A stretch of 63,572 nt of DNA, filler included. It is 3 parts of 3 records of this genome, joined end to end, with 100 filler letters (N's around TTAATTAATTAA, not from the genome) between each part and the next. Parts side by side here need not be neighbours in the genome. Positions count along the whole stretch, not along the records: positions 1 to 16,512 come from SRR20825010_1427; 2 more parts are not named here. One strand, 5' to 3'. Of the stretch, positions 1 to 8,119 are shown piece by piece. A program made the translations under genes and the position numbers. Positions within the stretch are counted from its first letter, which is position 1. Each line of letters begins with the position of its first letter. The notes under the pieces are model-generated. The model was not told the DNA's origin and searched no databases. It worked only from the letters and a program-made list of their open reading frames with translations.

Positions 1-1
1 A

Positions 2-124
2 ACTGGATACCGCAGATGTGTTTCAGGTTCGGACAGTATTTATTTTAGAGTTGCTAACGACACCGTTGAAATAATGACCATTATTGGGAAGCAAGATCTT
101 GAAAAGTTAAATAGCGGCTCTTAA
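2..124 (+). CDS. parE: 3' end of a RelE/ParE-family toxin (truncated by window start)
   Basis: Frame 2 reads TGYRRCVSGSDSIYFRVANDTVEIMTIIGKQDLEKLNSGS*, resembling ParE C-termini (GYRR..., IYFR, VEI..I). Not in the ORF track. Confidence 0.7.
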   Translation, partial: TGYRRCVSGSDSIYFRVANDTVEIMTIIGKQDLEKLNSGS

Positions 125-173
125 CGTTTGTTGTTTCAACCGTTAAACAACAACCCTAACCCGTAAACACATC

Positions 174-209
174 AAAAAAGCCATTTCACTTCCGCAAAAT
201 GGCTTTTTT
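174..209. terminator. Bidirectional intrinsic terminator between parE and lysS
   Basis: AAAAAAGCCATTT...AAATGGCTTTTTT inverted repeat with A/T tracts on both sides. Confidence 0.8.
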
Positions 210-229
210 ATTTTTAGACTGGGCTAATG

Positions 230-1951
230 TTATTTTAACCAGCCTTCAATTTCTTCTAAGCTAGCGGCTGCAACCTCCTGAAGTTTGAGCTTCTTTCTCA
301 TTCCGCCCATATCATTGAGTAGTTTTGAAGCCGTTTGTTCTTTGAGCTGAGCGATGGTATTGATGTTCAGTTTTCTTAGAATTTGAACCAATTCTAATCT
401 CACACCTACTTTTACAAACTCTTCATCAGTTGCCATTTCGGCTTTCTTCTCAGGTTTCATCTGAGGGAAGAACAACACATCCTGAATCGACTTTGAGTTG
501 GTCATAATCATTGACAAACGATCGATACCAATGCCCAAACCAGCGGTTGGCGGCATGCCATATTCCAAGGCACGAAGGAAATCTTCATCCAAGGTCATGG
601 CTTCATCATCTCCTCTTTTGCCCAATTCCAATTGCTCCTCAAAACGCTCTCTTTGGTCAATTGGATCATTCAACTCAGAGAATGCATTACATATTTCTTT
701 TCCGTTACAAATCGCCTCAAAACGCTCCACCAAACCTTCTTTGCTGCGGTGCTTTTTCGCCAATGGCGACATTTCCACCGGGTAATCCGTGATGTAAGTA
801 GGCTGAATCAGTTTGCCTTCACAGTGCTCACCAAAAATTTCATCAATGAGTTTTCCTTTCCCCATCGACTCATCATTCGGCACTTTAAGTTTCTTGGCTG
901 TTTCTCTTAATTCAGCCTCGTTCATTTCAGAAATATCAATTCCCGTAAAGTGCTGAATGGCTTCAAACATGGTGTAACGCTTCCAAGGACGTTGGAAATC
1001 AATTACGTTTTCGCCCACTTGAACTTTAGTAGTTCCGTGTAAGTCAATGGCCACTTTCTCTACCATCTCCTCCACTAAATTCATCATCCAGTTGTAATCC
1101 TTGTAAGCCACATAAAGCTCTACTTGGGTAAATTCTGGATTATGGAAACGTGACATTCCTTCGTTTCTGAAATCTTTAGAGAATTCAAAAACGCCATCGA
1201 AGCCACCTACAATTAATCTTTTGAGGTACAATTCATTGGCAATTCGCATATAGAGCGTCATGTCCAAAGTATTGTGATGTGTTTTGAAAGGCCTTGCTGC
1301 TGCCCCACCATACAAAGGCTGAAGGATTGGTGTCTCCACCTCTAAGTAACCTCTGTCGGCCAAGAACTGGCGCATTGAGTTTACCATATGCGTTCTTTTG
1401 ATGAAAGCCTCTCTTACATGAGGGTTCACCACCAAATCCACATAACGCTGTCTATAACGCTGCTCTGGATCGGTAAAGGCATCGTGCACTTTGCCTTCTG
1501 CATCGGTTTTTGGTAAGGGAAGTGGCTTTAAAGATTTAGTAAGCACGGTCATTTCTGTTACGTGCACAGAAATTTCGCCTACCTGTGTTTTGAACACATA
1601 ACCCTTGATTCCAACAATATCACCAATGCTTAAAATCTTTTTGAAAACGGTATTGTAAAGGGTTTTATCTTCGCCTTCGCAAATATCATCCCTTCTTACA
1701 TAGACCTGAATACGGCCTTGAGCATCTTGAATTTCGGCAAAAGATGCGGAGCCCATAATTCTACGGCTCATCATTCTACCGGCAATGGTCACTTCCTTAT
1801 AGCCTTCAGGATTCTTATCAAAACCTTCCTTAATTCCCTTAGAGTAGTGAGTTACCTCATAGGTTTCTGAAGGATATGGATTGATACCGAGCTTTTGAAG
1901 TTCCTCCCGCTCTTGTCTTCTGACAATTTCCTGTTCGCTTAAAATCTGCAT
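230..1951 (-). CDS. lysS: Lysine--tRNA ligase (class II) with C-terminal helical extension
   Basis: [23 protein letters not shown] and GLGIGIDRL motifs. Likely start is MQILSEQE at 1951 (track start 1984). Confidence 0.98.
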   Translation of the reverse strand: MQILSEQEIVRRQEREELQKLGINPYPSETYEVTHYSKGIKEGFDKNPEGYKEVTIAGRMMSRRIMGSASFAEIQDAQGRIQVYVRRDDICEGEDKTLYNTVFKKILSIGDIVGIKGYVFKTQVGEISVHVTEMTVLTKSLKPLPLPKTDAEGKVHDAFTDPEQRYRQRYVDLVVNPHVREAFIKRTHMVNSMRQFLADRGYLEVETPILQPLYGGAAARPFKTHHNTLDMTLYMRIANELYLKRLIVGGFDGVFEFSKDFRNEGMSRFHNPEFTQVELYVAYKDYNWMMNLVEEMVEKVAIDLHGTTKVQVGENVIDFQRPWKRYTMFEAIQHFTGIDISEMNEAELRETAKKLKVPNDESMGKGKLIDEIFGEHCEGKLIQPTYITDYPVEMSPLAKKHRSKEGLVERFEAICNGKEICNAFSELNDPIDQRERFEEQLELGKRGDDEAMTLDEDFLRALEYGMPPTAGLGIGIDRLSMIMTNSKSIQDVLFFPQMKPEKKAEMATDEEFVKVGVRLELVQILRKLNINTIAQLKEQTASKLLNDMGGMRKKLKLQEVAAASLEEIEGWLK

Positions 1952-2138
1952 TGCTTTATTTTTTTCGAGGCGCAATTTAGTCATTCAATGACATTTATTA
2001 AACAAATAATCGCTCGTTGAGCTTGTGACTTGAATAATAATTTTTCAACTCTAAATTCTAAATATTTTGAATTTACAAACATATCGGATATATTAAATAC
2101 AGTTTAAATCAATATACATCAACTTTAAATATAAAATT

Positions 2139-2786
2139 ATGAGAACTAAAACAAGAAACACTTCATTGTTCAGGCTCTTAATTGCTATTTGCCTGCTAAA
2201 CATTGTGAGTTGCGCTGACAAGATGGAAGAGGATTTACCTTCTCCGGTGGATTTATCAAAGACATTAGCCACGTTTGAAAAGCATTACAACAAAAATATT
2301 TCAGAAATCATGGAGTGGGGATCTAAACAATCTAATACAATTGACCAACGCTCTAGCGTAAACCACTCCTCTGAATTAATATCTTCAGATTTAATTAATG
2401 AGCTTCGTGAGCCAGCCTTGATCTACTAAAAGACTACGGTTTTACCAATGATGATTTTGTTGAAATGTTTGGCTCATCAGAAGTCGCAGAAATTCAAGAT
2501 GAACTTGTTGGTTCAGCAATAATGATTTTCAACTTGCAAATTGGTAATTATGAAAATAGTCGTTCGCAGGTTGCTAGAGAAACACCGGAAGCTGTAGATT
2601 GCTTTCTTGAAGCAACAGGCGTTGCTGCTGGTATAGCACTTGTTGGTGCATTAACTGGAGAACTTGGCGGTAAAGCACTAAAACAAGCTTTCAAAAAAGC
2701 CGTAAAGAAAATTTGGTTCAAGATTTTTAGGAGGAGTTGGGTTGTTTCTTATGGCTACCGAATTCACTTGGTGTATGACTAGATAA
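2139..2786 (+). pseudogene. Lipoprotein with C-terminal Cys-bounded cationic/hydrophobic peptide, split by two compensating 1-nt frameshifts (real or sequencing error)
   Basis: Lipobox IVS-C25. ORFs 2139-2429 and 2465-2782 join by restoring one base near 2415-2420 (EPAxDLLKDYGFTNDDFVEM) and removing one at 2708-2714 (KKIGSRFLGGVGLFLMATEFTWCMTR*). ATG 2139 and TAA 2786 are in the same frame, giving about 215 aa. Confidence 0.65.
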
Positions 2787-2796
2787 TCCATATTCT

Positions 2797-3012
2797 ATGA
2801 TTAGCAAAAAAACAATTTACAATAGGTACGTCTTCGTTTGGGCATTATTTGGTATAGTTATATACATAGTATACTCATTTGACCTTATAATTAATGATAA
2901 ATTTCTTGATCTAAGCTCAAGTGACTGGGTTAAATACGCTGTACCTTTTCCTATCCTTATACTATACGCTTTGTCGTTTGTAAAATATAAATTTTCTAAA
3001 AAACCACATTAG
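2797..3012 (+). CDS. Small two-TM membrane protein (candidate immunity protein)
   Basis: 71 aa, two hydrophobic segments, basic termini; starts 10 nt after the reconstructed upstream stop. Confidence 0.6.
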   Translation: MISKKTIYNRYVFVWALFGIVIYIVYSFDLIINDKFLDLSSSDWVKYAVPFPILILYALSFVKYKFSKKPH

Positions 3013-3025
3013 ATTATTAAAAACT

Positions 3026-3067
3026 GTCACTATTCATGGTTTTATATAAAAAGTCATGAATAGTGAC
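3026..3067 (+). terminator. Stem-loop closing the two-gene cassette
   Basis: GTCACTATTCATG...CATGAATAGTGAC inverted repeat. Confidence 0.6.
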
Positions 3068-3297
3068 TTAAATATAATCAAGGTTTAAAGCCCCCCCTTT
3101 CCACAGCACATCAAATTAGCCTCCGTAATCCCGGGTTAACCAATAGATTTTTGAGTACCTAAATCGCGAAAAGACAGATGAAGCGTATCGACTTATTCAA
3201 AACAAGTTAAGCTCGTAAAAGATTGTCTATTTTATATAAACTAGATTAGTCTAAGTGCGGCAAAGAAATATCTCCAGAATTACTCTTCCATTTTTTT

Positions 3298-3357
3298 CTC
3301 CTAAATAATTAGGAGTTGTCCGAAAACTTTAAGACTTTTCCGAAAGAATTAGGAGTT
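3298..3357. promoter_or_regulatory. Putative BlaI-type operator pair
   Basis: Palindrome CTCCTAA-ATAA-TTAGGAG (3298-3315). AATTAGGAGTT is repeated at 3307-3317 and 3347-3357, the second copy abutting the ATG. Confidence 0.55.
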
Positions 3358-3717
3358 ATGAAAGACTTAACAAAAGCTGAAGAGCAAATAATGCAGATCG
3401 TTTGGGAGCTTGATAAGATGTTCATCAAAGATATTGTAGACCAAATGCCTGACCCAAAACCAGCCTATAATACGGTGGGTACTTTCTTGAAAATTTTGGA
3501 AACCAAAGGTTTTGTAAACAGAGAGAAAGTGGGAAATACGTTTTCTTATTCCGCTACGGTGAAAAAGAAAGCCTATACCAAAAAGTCGATGAACGGACTT
3601 TTGAGCAACTATTTTGAAGGTTCGGCTGAAAAACTGTTTTCGTTTATGATGCAGGAGAAAAAGCTAAGCCCTGAACAAGTGGAAGATTTGATGCAAAAAC
3701 TGAAAGACCATGAATAG
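3358..3717 (+). CDS. BlaI/MecI/CopY family transcriptional repressor
   Basis: LTKAEEQIMQIVW...PAYNTVGTFLKILETKGFV winged-helix pattern; ATG at 3358. Confidence 0.93.
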   Translation: MKDLTKAEEQIMQIVWELDKMFIKDIVDQMPDPKPAYNTVGTFLKILETKGFVNREKVGNTFSYSATVKKKAYTKKSMNGLLSNYFEGSAEKLFSFMMQEKKLSPEQVEDLMQKLKDHE

Positions 3718-4915
3718 TTATTTATTAGAGTCCTCGATTTGTCTAGCAAGCTTTTATGGCTTCTACTGGCTCTTCCTTCGCGGAGAAAAATTGCTCTCTG
3801 TGAATAGGTTTTACCTATTGTTCACGGTTTTGGCTTCAATACTCATTCCTTTACTCAATTTTCAAAGCCAGTTTGCTTTTGGTTCTGTACTAGAAACGCT
3901 TAATACAGGCGCTGCCACTCCAATTCAGGGAAGTACTGCAGAAACCCTAACCCAATCGGCTCCGCTGATTTCCTTAAGCACAATTTACCTTATTGGTGTT
4001 GCCGTCTCTATCGGCATCTTACTCTTCAAGCTAGTACTTGTAAAACGAAAAGTGGGCAAATGGCCTTCCTTACAGAACAATAGGATTGAAGTGATTGAAA
4101 CCGAAGGAAATGATGCCTACAGTTTCTTCAATACCATTTTTGTAGGCAAGGAATTGAACAAAAATGAAAGCTTAAAACAGCAAATCATCACACATGAGCT
4201 TGCTCATATTGAAGGAAGGCATTCGTTGGATTTACTCCTTTTTGAAGTGCTTAAATGCGCTTATTGGTTCAATCCATTTTGTTACTTCTACGCAAAATCC
4301 ATCCGTCTTCAACATGAATACATAGCCGATCATTCGGTATTGCAACGTACGCACCCAAAACAATACGAAAGGTCATTATTGCAATTCGCTTTGGCTAAAG
4401 TAAACAGCAGCTTAACCTCAAGTTTTAACGAGCACCCTATTCAGAAAAGATTAAAAATGATTCAAAAACTAAACTCAAATGTCATGAACAAATTAAAACC
4501 ATTACTCGCCCTGCCTATTTTAGGCCTCTTATTTATTGCTTACGCTTGTACGGATGTAGTTGAACCCGTATTGGTCGATGAAGTCGAAGAAGTTGTAATT
4601 GATTTGGATACTGAAGTAGTGCCTTACTTAATAGAGTACCTTGATTCTGCGCGCGTTTCAGGCAATGAAATCATTTTCGAAGAAGAAGTAATTGAAATAC
4701 CTGTAAAAGTAGAAATCGTTGAAGGGTATAATGTAGAGATCATTAGAGACGCTTATGGGAAGATTCAAGAAGAAGCCCTTAAAGCTCTTAAGGAAAACCC
4801 ATCAGTCAAAAGTACCTTTACCAAAGAAGGTATGGAAATATTAGAAATCCCAAATGATCTAATTTCTGAAAAGCCAGTAATTACTGTTAAAGGCGTTAGA
4901 AGAAGTAATAATTAA
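3710..4915 (+). CDS. M56 family (BlaR1-like) membrane metallopeptidase
   Basis: N-terminal TM helices, HELAH, WFNP, EYIAD and KRLKMI; overlaps the BlaI-family gene. Confidence 0.9.
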   Translation: MNSYLLESSICLASFYGFYWLFLRGEKLLSVNRFYLLFTVLASILIPLLNFQSQFAFGSVLETLNTGAATPIQGSTAETLTQSAPLISLSTIYLIGVAVSIGILLFKLVLVKRKVGKWPSLQNNRIEVIETEGNDAYSFFNTIFVGKELNKNESLKQQIITHELAHIEGRHSLDLLLFEVLKCAYWFNPFCYFYAKSIRLQHEYIADHSVLQRTHPKQYERSLLQFALAKVNSSLTSSFNEHPIQKRLKMIQKLNSNVMNKLKPLLALPILGLLFIAYACTDVVEPVLVDEVEEVVIDLDTEVVPYLIEYLDSARVSGNEIIFEEEVIEIPVKVEIVEGYNVEIIRDAYGKIQEEALKALKENPSVKSTFTKEGMEILEIPNDLISEKPVITVKGVRRSNN

Positions 4916-4930
4916 GATCAAAAACGCATT

Positions 4931-4968
4931 AAAAAGCCTGACCTAGTTCAACTAAGTCAGGCTTTTTT
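4931..4968. terminator. Bidirectional intrinsic terminator
   Basis: AAAAAGCCTGAC...GTCAGGCTTTTT between convergent genes. Confidence 0.85.
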
Positions 4969-4991
4969 GCTTTCATTTCAGGCTTTTAGCT

Positions 4992-6203
4992 TTAGAACTT
5001 ATCTTGATGGGCAAATTCTTTTCGGCCACCTTTTCTGCGTTTCAACTCCTGCTTAATCAAAGTCAGTTCACGGCCACTTTGCCCTTTTACGGAAGTATTC
5101 TCGTTTGCCCTTCTCATTAAATAAGGAATGGTCGATTTAATTGGCCCATAAGGCACGTACTTAATCACGTTATACCCTGCATCGGCAAGGTTGAACGAAA
5201 TATGATCACTCATTCCATATAACTGACCAAAGTAAACTCTTCTATCGTCTCTTGGCAAACCATACTTTTCCATGTAAAGTGTTACCAAGTAATTACTTTT
5301 CTCATTGTGTGAACCCGCAAATAAGCCAATATCTTCAATGTATTGAATACAATACTCGGTGGCTGCATCAAAGTCTCTATCTGTTGCTTCTTTGTTGGGT
5401 TGAATAGGATTTTCATAGCCCATCTCTTCTGCTCTGGCAGCTTCTTTTTCCATATAAGCACCACGCACCAACTTTGCTCCGAGTCTATATCCGTTTTCCT
5501 TTGCATCCGCATGGAATTCCTTCAAATGCCCTAACATACTGTGGGTGTACATCTGAAAGGTGTAAAATATCAGTGCCTTTTCTGTATTGTATTTGGCCAT
5601 CATGGCCCTCGTAATGTCGGTTAATGGCTTCTGAATCCAAGTCTCCTCCGCATCAATCAAAACAGAAACGTCTTTTCGTTTAGCTTCAGCGCAAATCATG
5701 TCTACTCTGGCCTTCACCCTTTCGTAGGCTGCGGCTTCCTTTTCAGTCAGTTTTTCTCCTGCATGAATTTTTGTTAGCAAATCAAAATGGGCCAAGCCTG
5801 TAATCTTAAAAGCAGAAAACCGAATGAACTCATATTGGCTCGCTCGGTCTATGGTTCTCATTATTTCTTGTGCACTTCCATCAAATCCTTCTTCGGTTTT
5901 TTCTCCTTCAACAGAATAATCGAAGATGGCTCCAATGCCGAAAGCCGCCAATTCGTTGGTCGCTCGTTGACACCCATCTAGCGTTTCACCTCCACAAAAC
6001 AGGTTGAAAATGGTCCTTTTAATGATTCCCTTCACAGGTAAACCCCAGTCTAATGACCACTTGGTAAGGGCCATTCCTACTTTTACCAATCCAGGAGATT
6101 GCATTGTAGAAAAAATAAAATGCGCTTGCTTTAGTGCTTCGTCAGTTCGAGCCGCAAAGGCATTCGTAAGGTTGTCAAAATCAACAAACTTTTTTAGTTC
6201 CAT
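4992..6203 (-). CDS. Monofunctional proline dehydrogenase
   Basis: FCGGET, IDAEE, KLVRGAY, GQLYGM, KYVPYGP and YLMRR motifs; likely ATG at 6203. Confidence 0.93.
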   Translation of the reverse strand: MELKKFVDFDNLTNAFAARTDEALKQAHFIFSTMQSPGLVKVGMALTKWSLDWGLPVKGIIKRTIFNLFCGGETLDGCQRATNELAAFGIGAIFDYSVEGEKTEEGFDGSAQEIMRTIDRASQYEFIRFSAFKITGLAHFDLLTKIHAGEKLTEKEAAAYERVKARVDMICAEAKRKDVSVLIDAEETWIQKPLTDITRAMMAKYNTEKALIFYTFQMYTHSMLGHLKEFHADAKENGYRLGAKLVRGAYMEKEAARAEEMGYENPIQPNKEATDRDFDAATEYCIQYIEDIGLFAGSHNEKSNYLVTLYMEKYGLPRDDRRVYFGQLYGMSDHISFNLADAGYNVIKYVPYGPIKSTIPYLMRRANENTSVKGQSGRELTLIKQELKRRKGGRKEFAHQDKF

Positions 6204-6249
6204 AGCGATATTCAAAGTCCGCAAATATAGTAACAAACCAATAGTCTCC

Positions 6250-6257
6250 TACCTTTG
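6250..6257 (+). promoter_or_regulatory. Bacteroidota housekeeping promoter -7 element
   Basis: TACCTTTG matches TAnnTTTG, 29 nt upstream of the DAHP synthase ATG. Confidence 0.6.
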
Positions 6258-6285
6258 TTGTACTTGAGTTGCAAACGAAATATAC

Positions 6286-7383
6286 ATGACTAATCCCCCA
6301 TTACACAGACGGTTAGACAGCGACAAAAAGCCCATCATTATCGCAGGGCCTTGTAGCATTGAAAGCCAAAGTCAATTTTTAAAAACAATGAAGGGTTTAG
6401 ACCTTTCTAAAGTTGATTATATAAGAGGTGGGATCTGGAAACCTAGAACCCGTCCCGGCTCTTTCGAAGGCATGGGCGAAATTGCTTTTGAATGGGTGAA
6501 GGAGGTGCAAAAGGAGCTCGGTTTTAAATTTGCTACCGAAGTAGCCTCCACAGAACATGTGGATATTGCTTTAAAAAATGGCGCTGGTTTATTGTGGATT
6601 GGTGCACGCACTACCGTAAACCCTTTCAATGTGCAAGAAATTGCCGAGGCACTTAGAGGCGTAGACCTTCCCGTTTTCGTAAAGAACCCCATCAATCCAG
6701 ATTTATCGCTTTGGAAAGGAGCTTTGGAAAGGCTATTAAAATGCGATGTCAAAAACCTTGGCGCTATTCATCGTGGCTTTCAAACTTTTCAGCAAAGTAA
6801 ATACCGCAATACTCCGTTGTGGCAAATCCCAATGGAATTGAAAAGTGAATTCCCTGACTTGCCTCTATTGTGTGATCCGAGTCATATCGGTGGAAAAAGA
6901 AGTTTAATTGCCGAATTATCGCAACGGGCCATGGACTTAGACTTTGATGGTTTGATGATTGAAACACACATCGACCCTGACAATGCGCTCAGTGATAATG
7001 CGCAGCAATTAACGCCCGATGCGTTCAACCTCCTTCTGGATAATTTGATTTTCAGAAATAACACTTCCAACAACGAAGACTTTAACAATCAGCTGGACAT
7101 TATTCGTGAGCAAATAGACCAAGCAGACAGAGAGATACTGGAAGCCATAGCCACACGTTTAAGTTTAGTAGCTAAAATTGGAGAGTATAAGAAAGACAAC
7201 AACGTGGCTATTTTTCAGATCAGTCGCTGGAAAGAAATTTTACAATCCAGACCAGAATGGGCAAAGTCTTTAAACCTAGACCCCGAATTTATTCGCGAAC
7301 TTTACCGACATATTCATCAGCAATCCGTAAGGATACAGACATCCGTATTTAATAAAGAACAAGACAAACAACCTAATGACTGA
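6286..7383 (+). CDS. aroF: Bifunctional DAHP synthase (I-beta)/chorismate mutase, paralog 1
   Basis: IAGPCS, KPRTRP, WIGAR and CDPSH motifs; C-terminal AroQ domain (LDIIREQIDQAD). Confidence 0.92.
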   Translation: MTNPPLHRRLDSDKKPIIIAGPCSIESQSQFLKTMKGLDLSKVDYIRGGIWKPRTRPGSFEGMGEIAFEWVKEVQKELGFKFATEVASTEHVDIALKNGAGLLWIGARTTVNPFNVQEIAEALRGVDLPVFVKNPINPDLSLWKGALERLLKCDVKNLGAIHRGFQTFQQSKYRNTPLWQIPMELKSEFPDLPLLCDPSHIGGKRSLIAELSQRAMDLDFDGLMIETHIDPDNALSDNAQQLTPDAFNLLLDNLIFRNNTSNNEDFNNQLDIIREQIDQADREILEAIATRLSLVAKIGEYKKDNNVAIFQISRWKEILQSRPEWAKSLNLDPEFIRELYRHIHQQSVRIQTSVFNKEQDKQPND

Positions 7384-7918
7384 ACTAGGACTACTCGGCC
7401 CTGAAAACACTTATCATGATATGGCCAGGCAAAAGTTTTTGCCTAATGTTAGCCATATGCTTTTCCATTCATTCGATGACGTTTTTAAGGCGCTAAAAGA
7501 AAAGCGCATAAAAAAGGCATTGATCGCCATCAGAAACAATACCTCTGGTTTGGTAGGAGATAACTTAGAGAGAATAAAAAACTCTGGTCTTCGCATATTG
7601 GAGCAATTCGAACTTCCAATCCATCTTTGCTTGGGCAGCTTCAGGGCTTCTAATATTGATGGGCTTAAAAAAATCTATTCTCACCCAATGGCCATTAAAG
7701 AGACCCAAAAGTTCTTTACCAAATATAGCCATATCACCTTTATTTCAAGTACCAGCACAGTTAGTGCTATTCATGAATTGAAAAATAATCGAGAGAAAAA
7801 TTCGGGAGTAATTGCCAGTAAAGAGGCCATAGAAGCCAATGACCTAATGTTACTTTCAGAGAATATCGAAGACCATTCTACCAACAGCACTACTTTCGCT
7901 TTGGTAGAAAGTATTTGA
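7376..7918 (+). CDS. pheA: Prephenate dehydratase catalytic domain without ACT domain
   Basis: LGPENTYH, NNTSGLV, YSHPMA and IEDHSTNSTTF motifs; only 180 aa. Confidence 0.8.
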   Translation: MTELGLLGPENTYHDMARQKFLPNVSHMLFHSFDDVFKALKEKRIKKALIAIRNNTSGLVGDNLERIKNSGLRILEQFELPIHLCLGSFRASNIDGLKKIYSHPMAIKETQKFFTKYSHITFISSTSTVSAIHELKNNREKNSGVIASKEAIEANDLMLLSENIEDHSTNSTTFALVESI

Positions 7919-7971
7919 AAAATAATTCACTTTATATTTTTCTTTATCAAAGAGATACCTAAGTTTATCGC

Positions 7972-8049
7972 ATGTTAGCAGCAAGGACATCATTTTATTA
8001 CTTTTTTTACTTTAGAACTCAACGAGATCGAGCCTGCGCTATCATATAA
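7972..8049 (+). CDS. Phe/Tyr-rich leader peptide (25 aa)
   Basis: MLAARTSFYYFFYFRTQRDRACAII*, with seven consecutive Phe/Tyr codons; not in the ORF track. Confidence 0.85.
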   Translation: MLAARTSFYYFFYFRTQRDRACAII

Positions 8050-8073
8050 ATGAAATTGTAAAAATATTTTATT

Positions 8074-8105
8074 AGCCCGGTTCGAAAGAATCGGGCTTTT
8101 TTTTT
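8074..8105 (+). terminator. Attenuator terminator upstream of DAHP synthase paralog 2
   Basis: AGCCCGGTTC-GAAA-GAATCGGGCT followed by a T run, 14 nt before the next ATG. Confidence 0.85.
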
Positions 8106-8119
8106 GACCAAACGTAATT

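Noticed and set aside
230-460. C-terminal extension on LysRS
   Set aside because: I recall similar tails being common in Bacteroidota LysRS; nothing specific here.
498-910. Short antisense or nested ORFs inside lysS, and the many similar ones across the track
   Set aside because: They are shadows of well-supported genes and show no motifs of their own.
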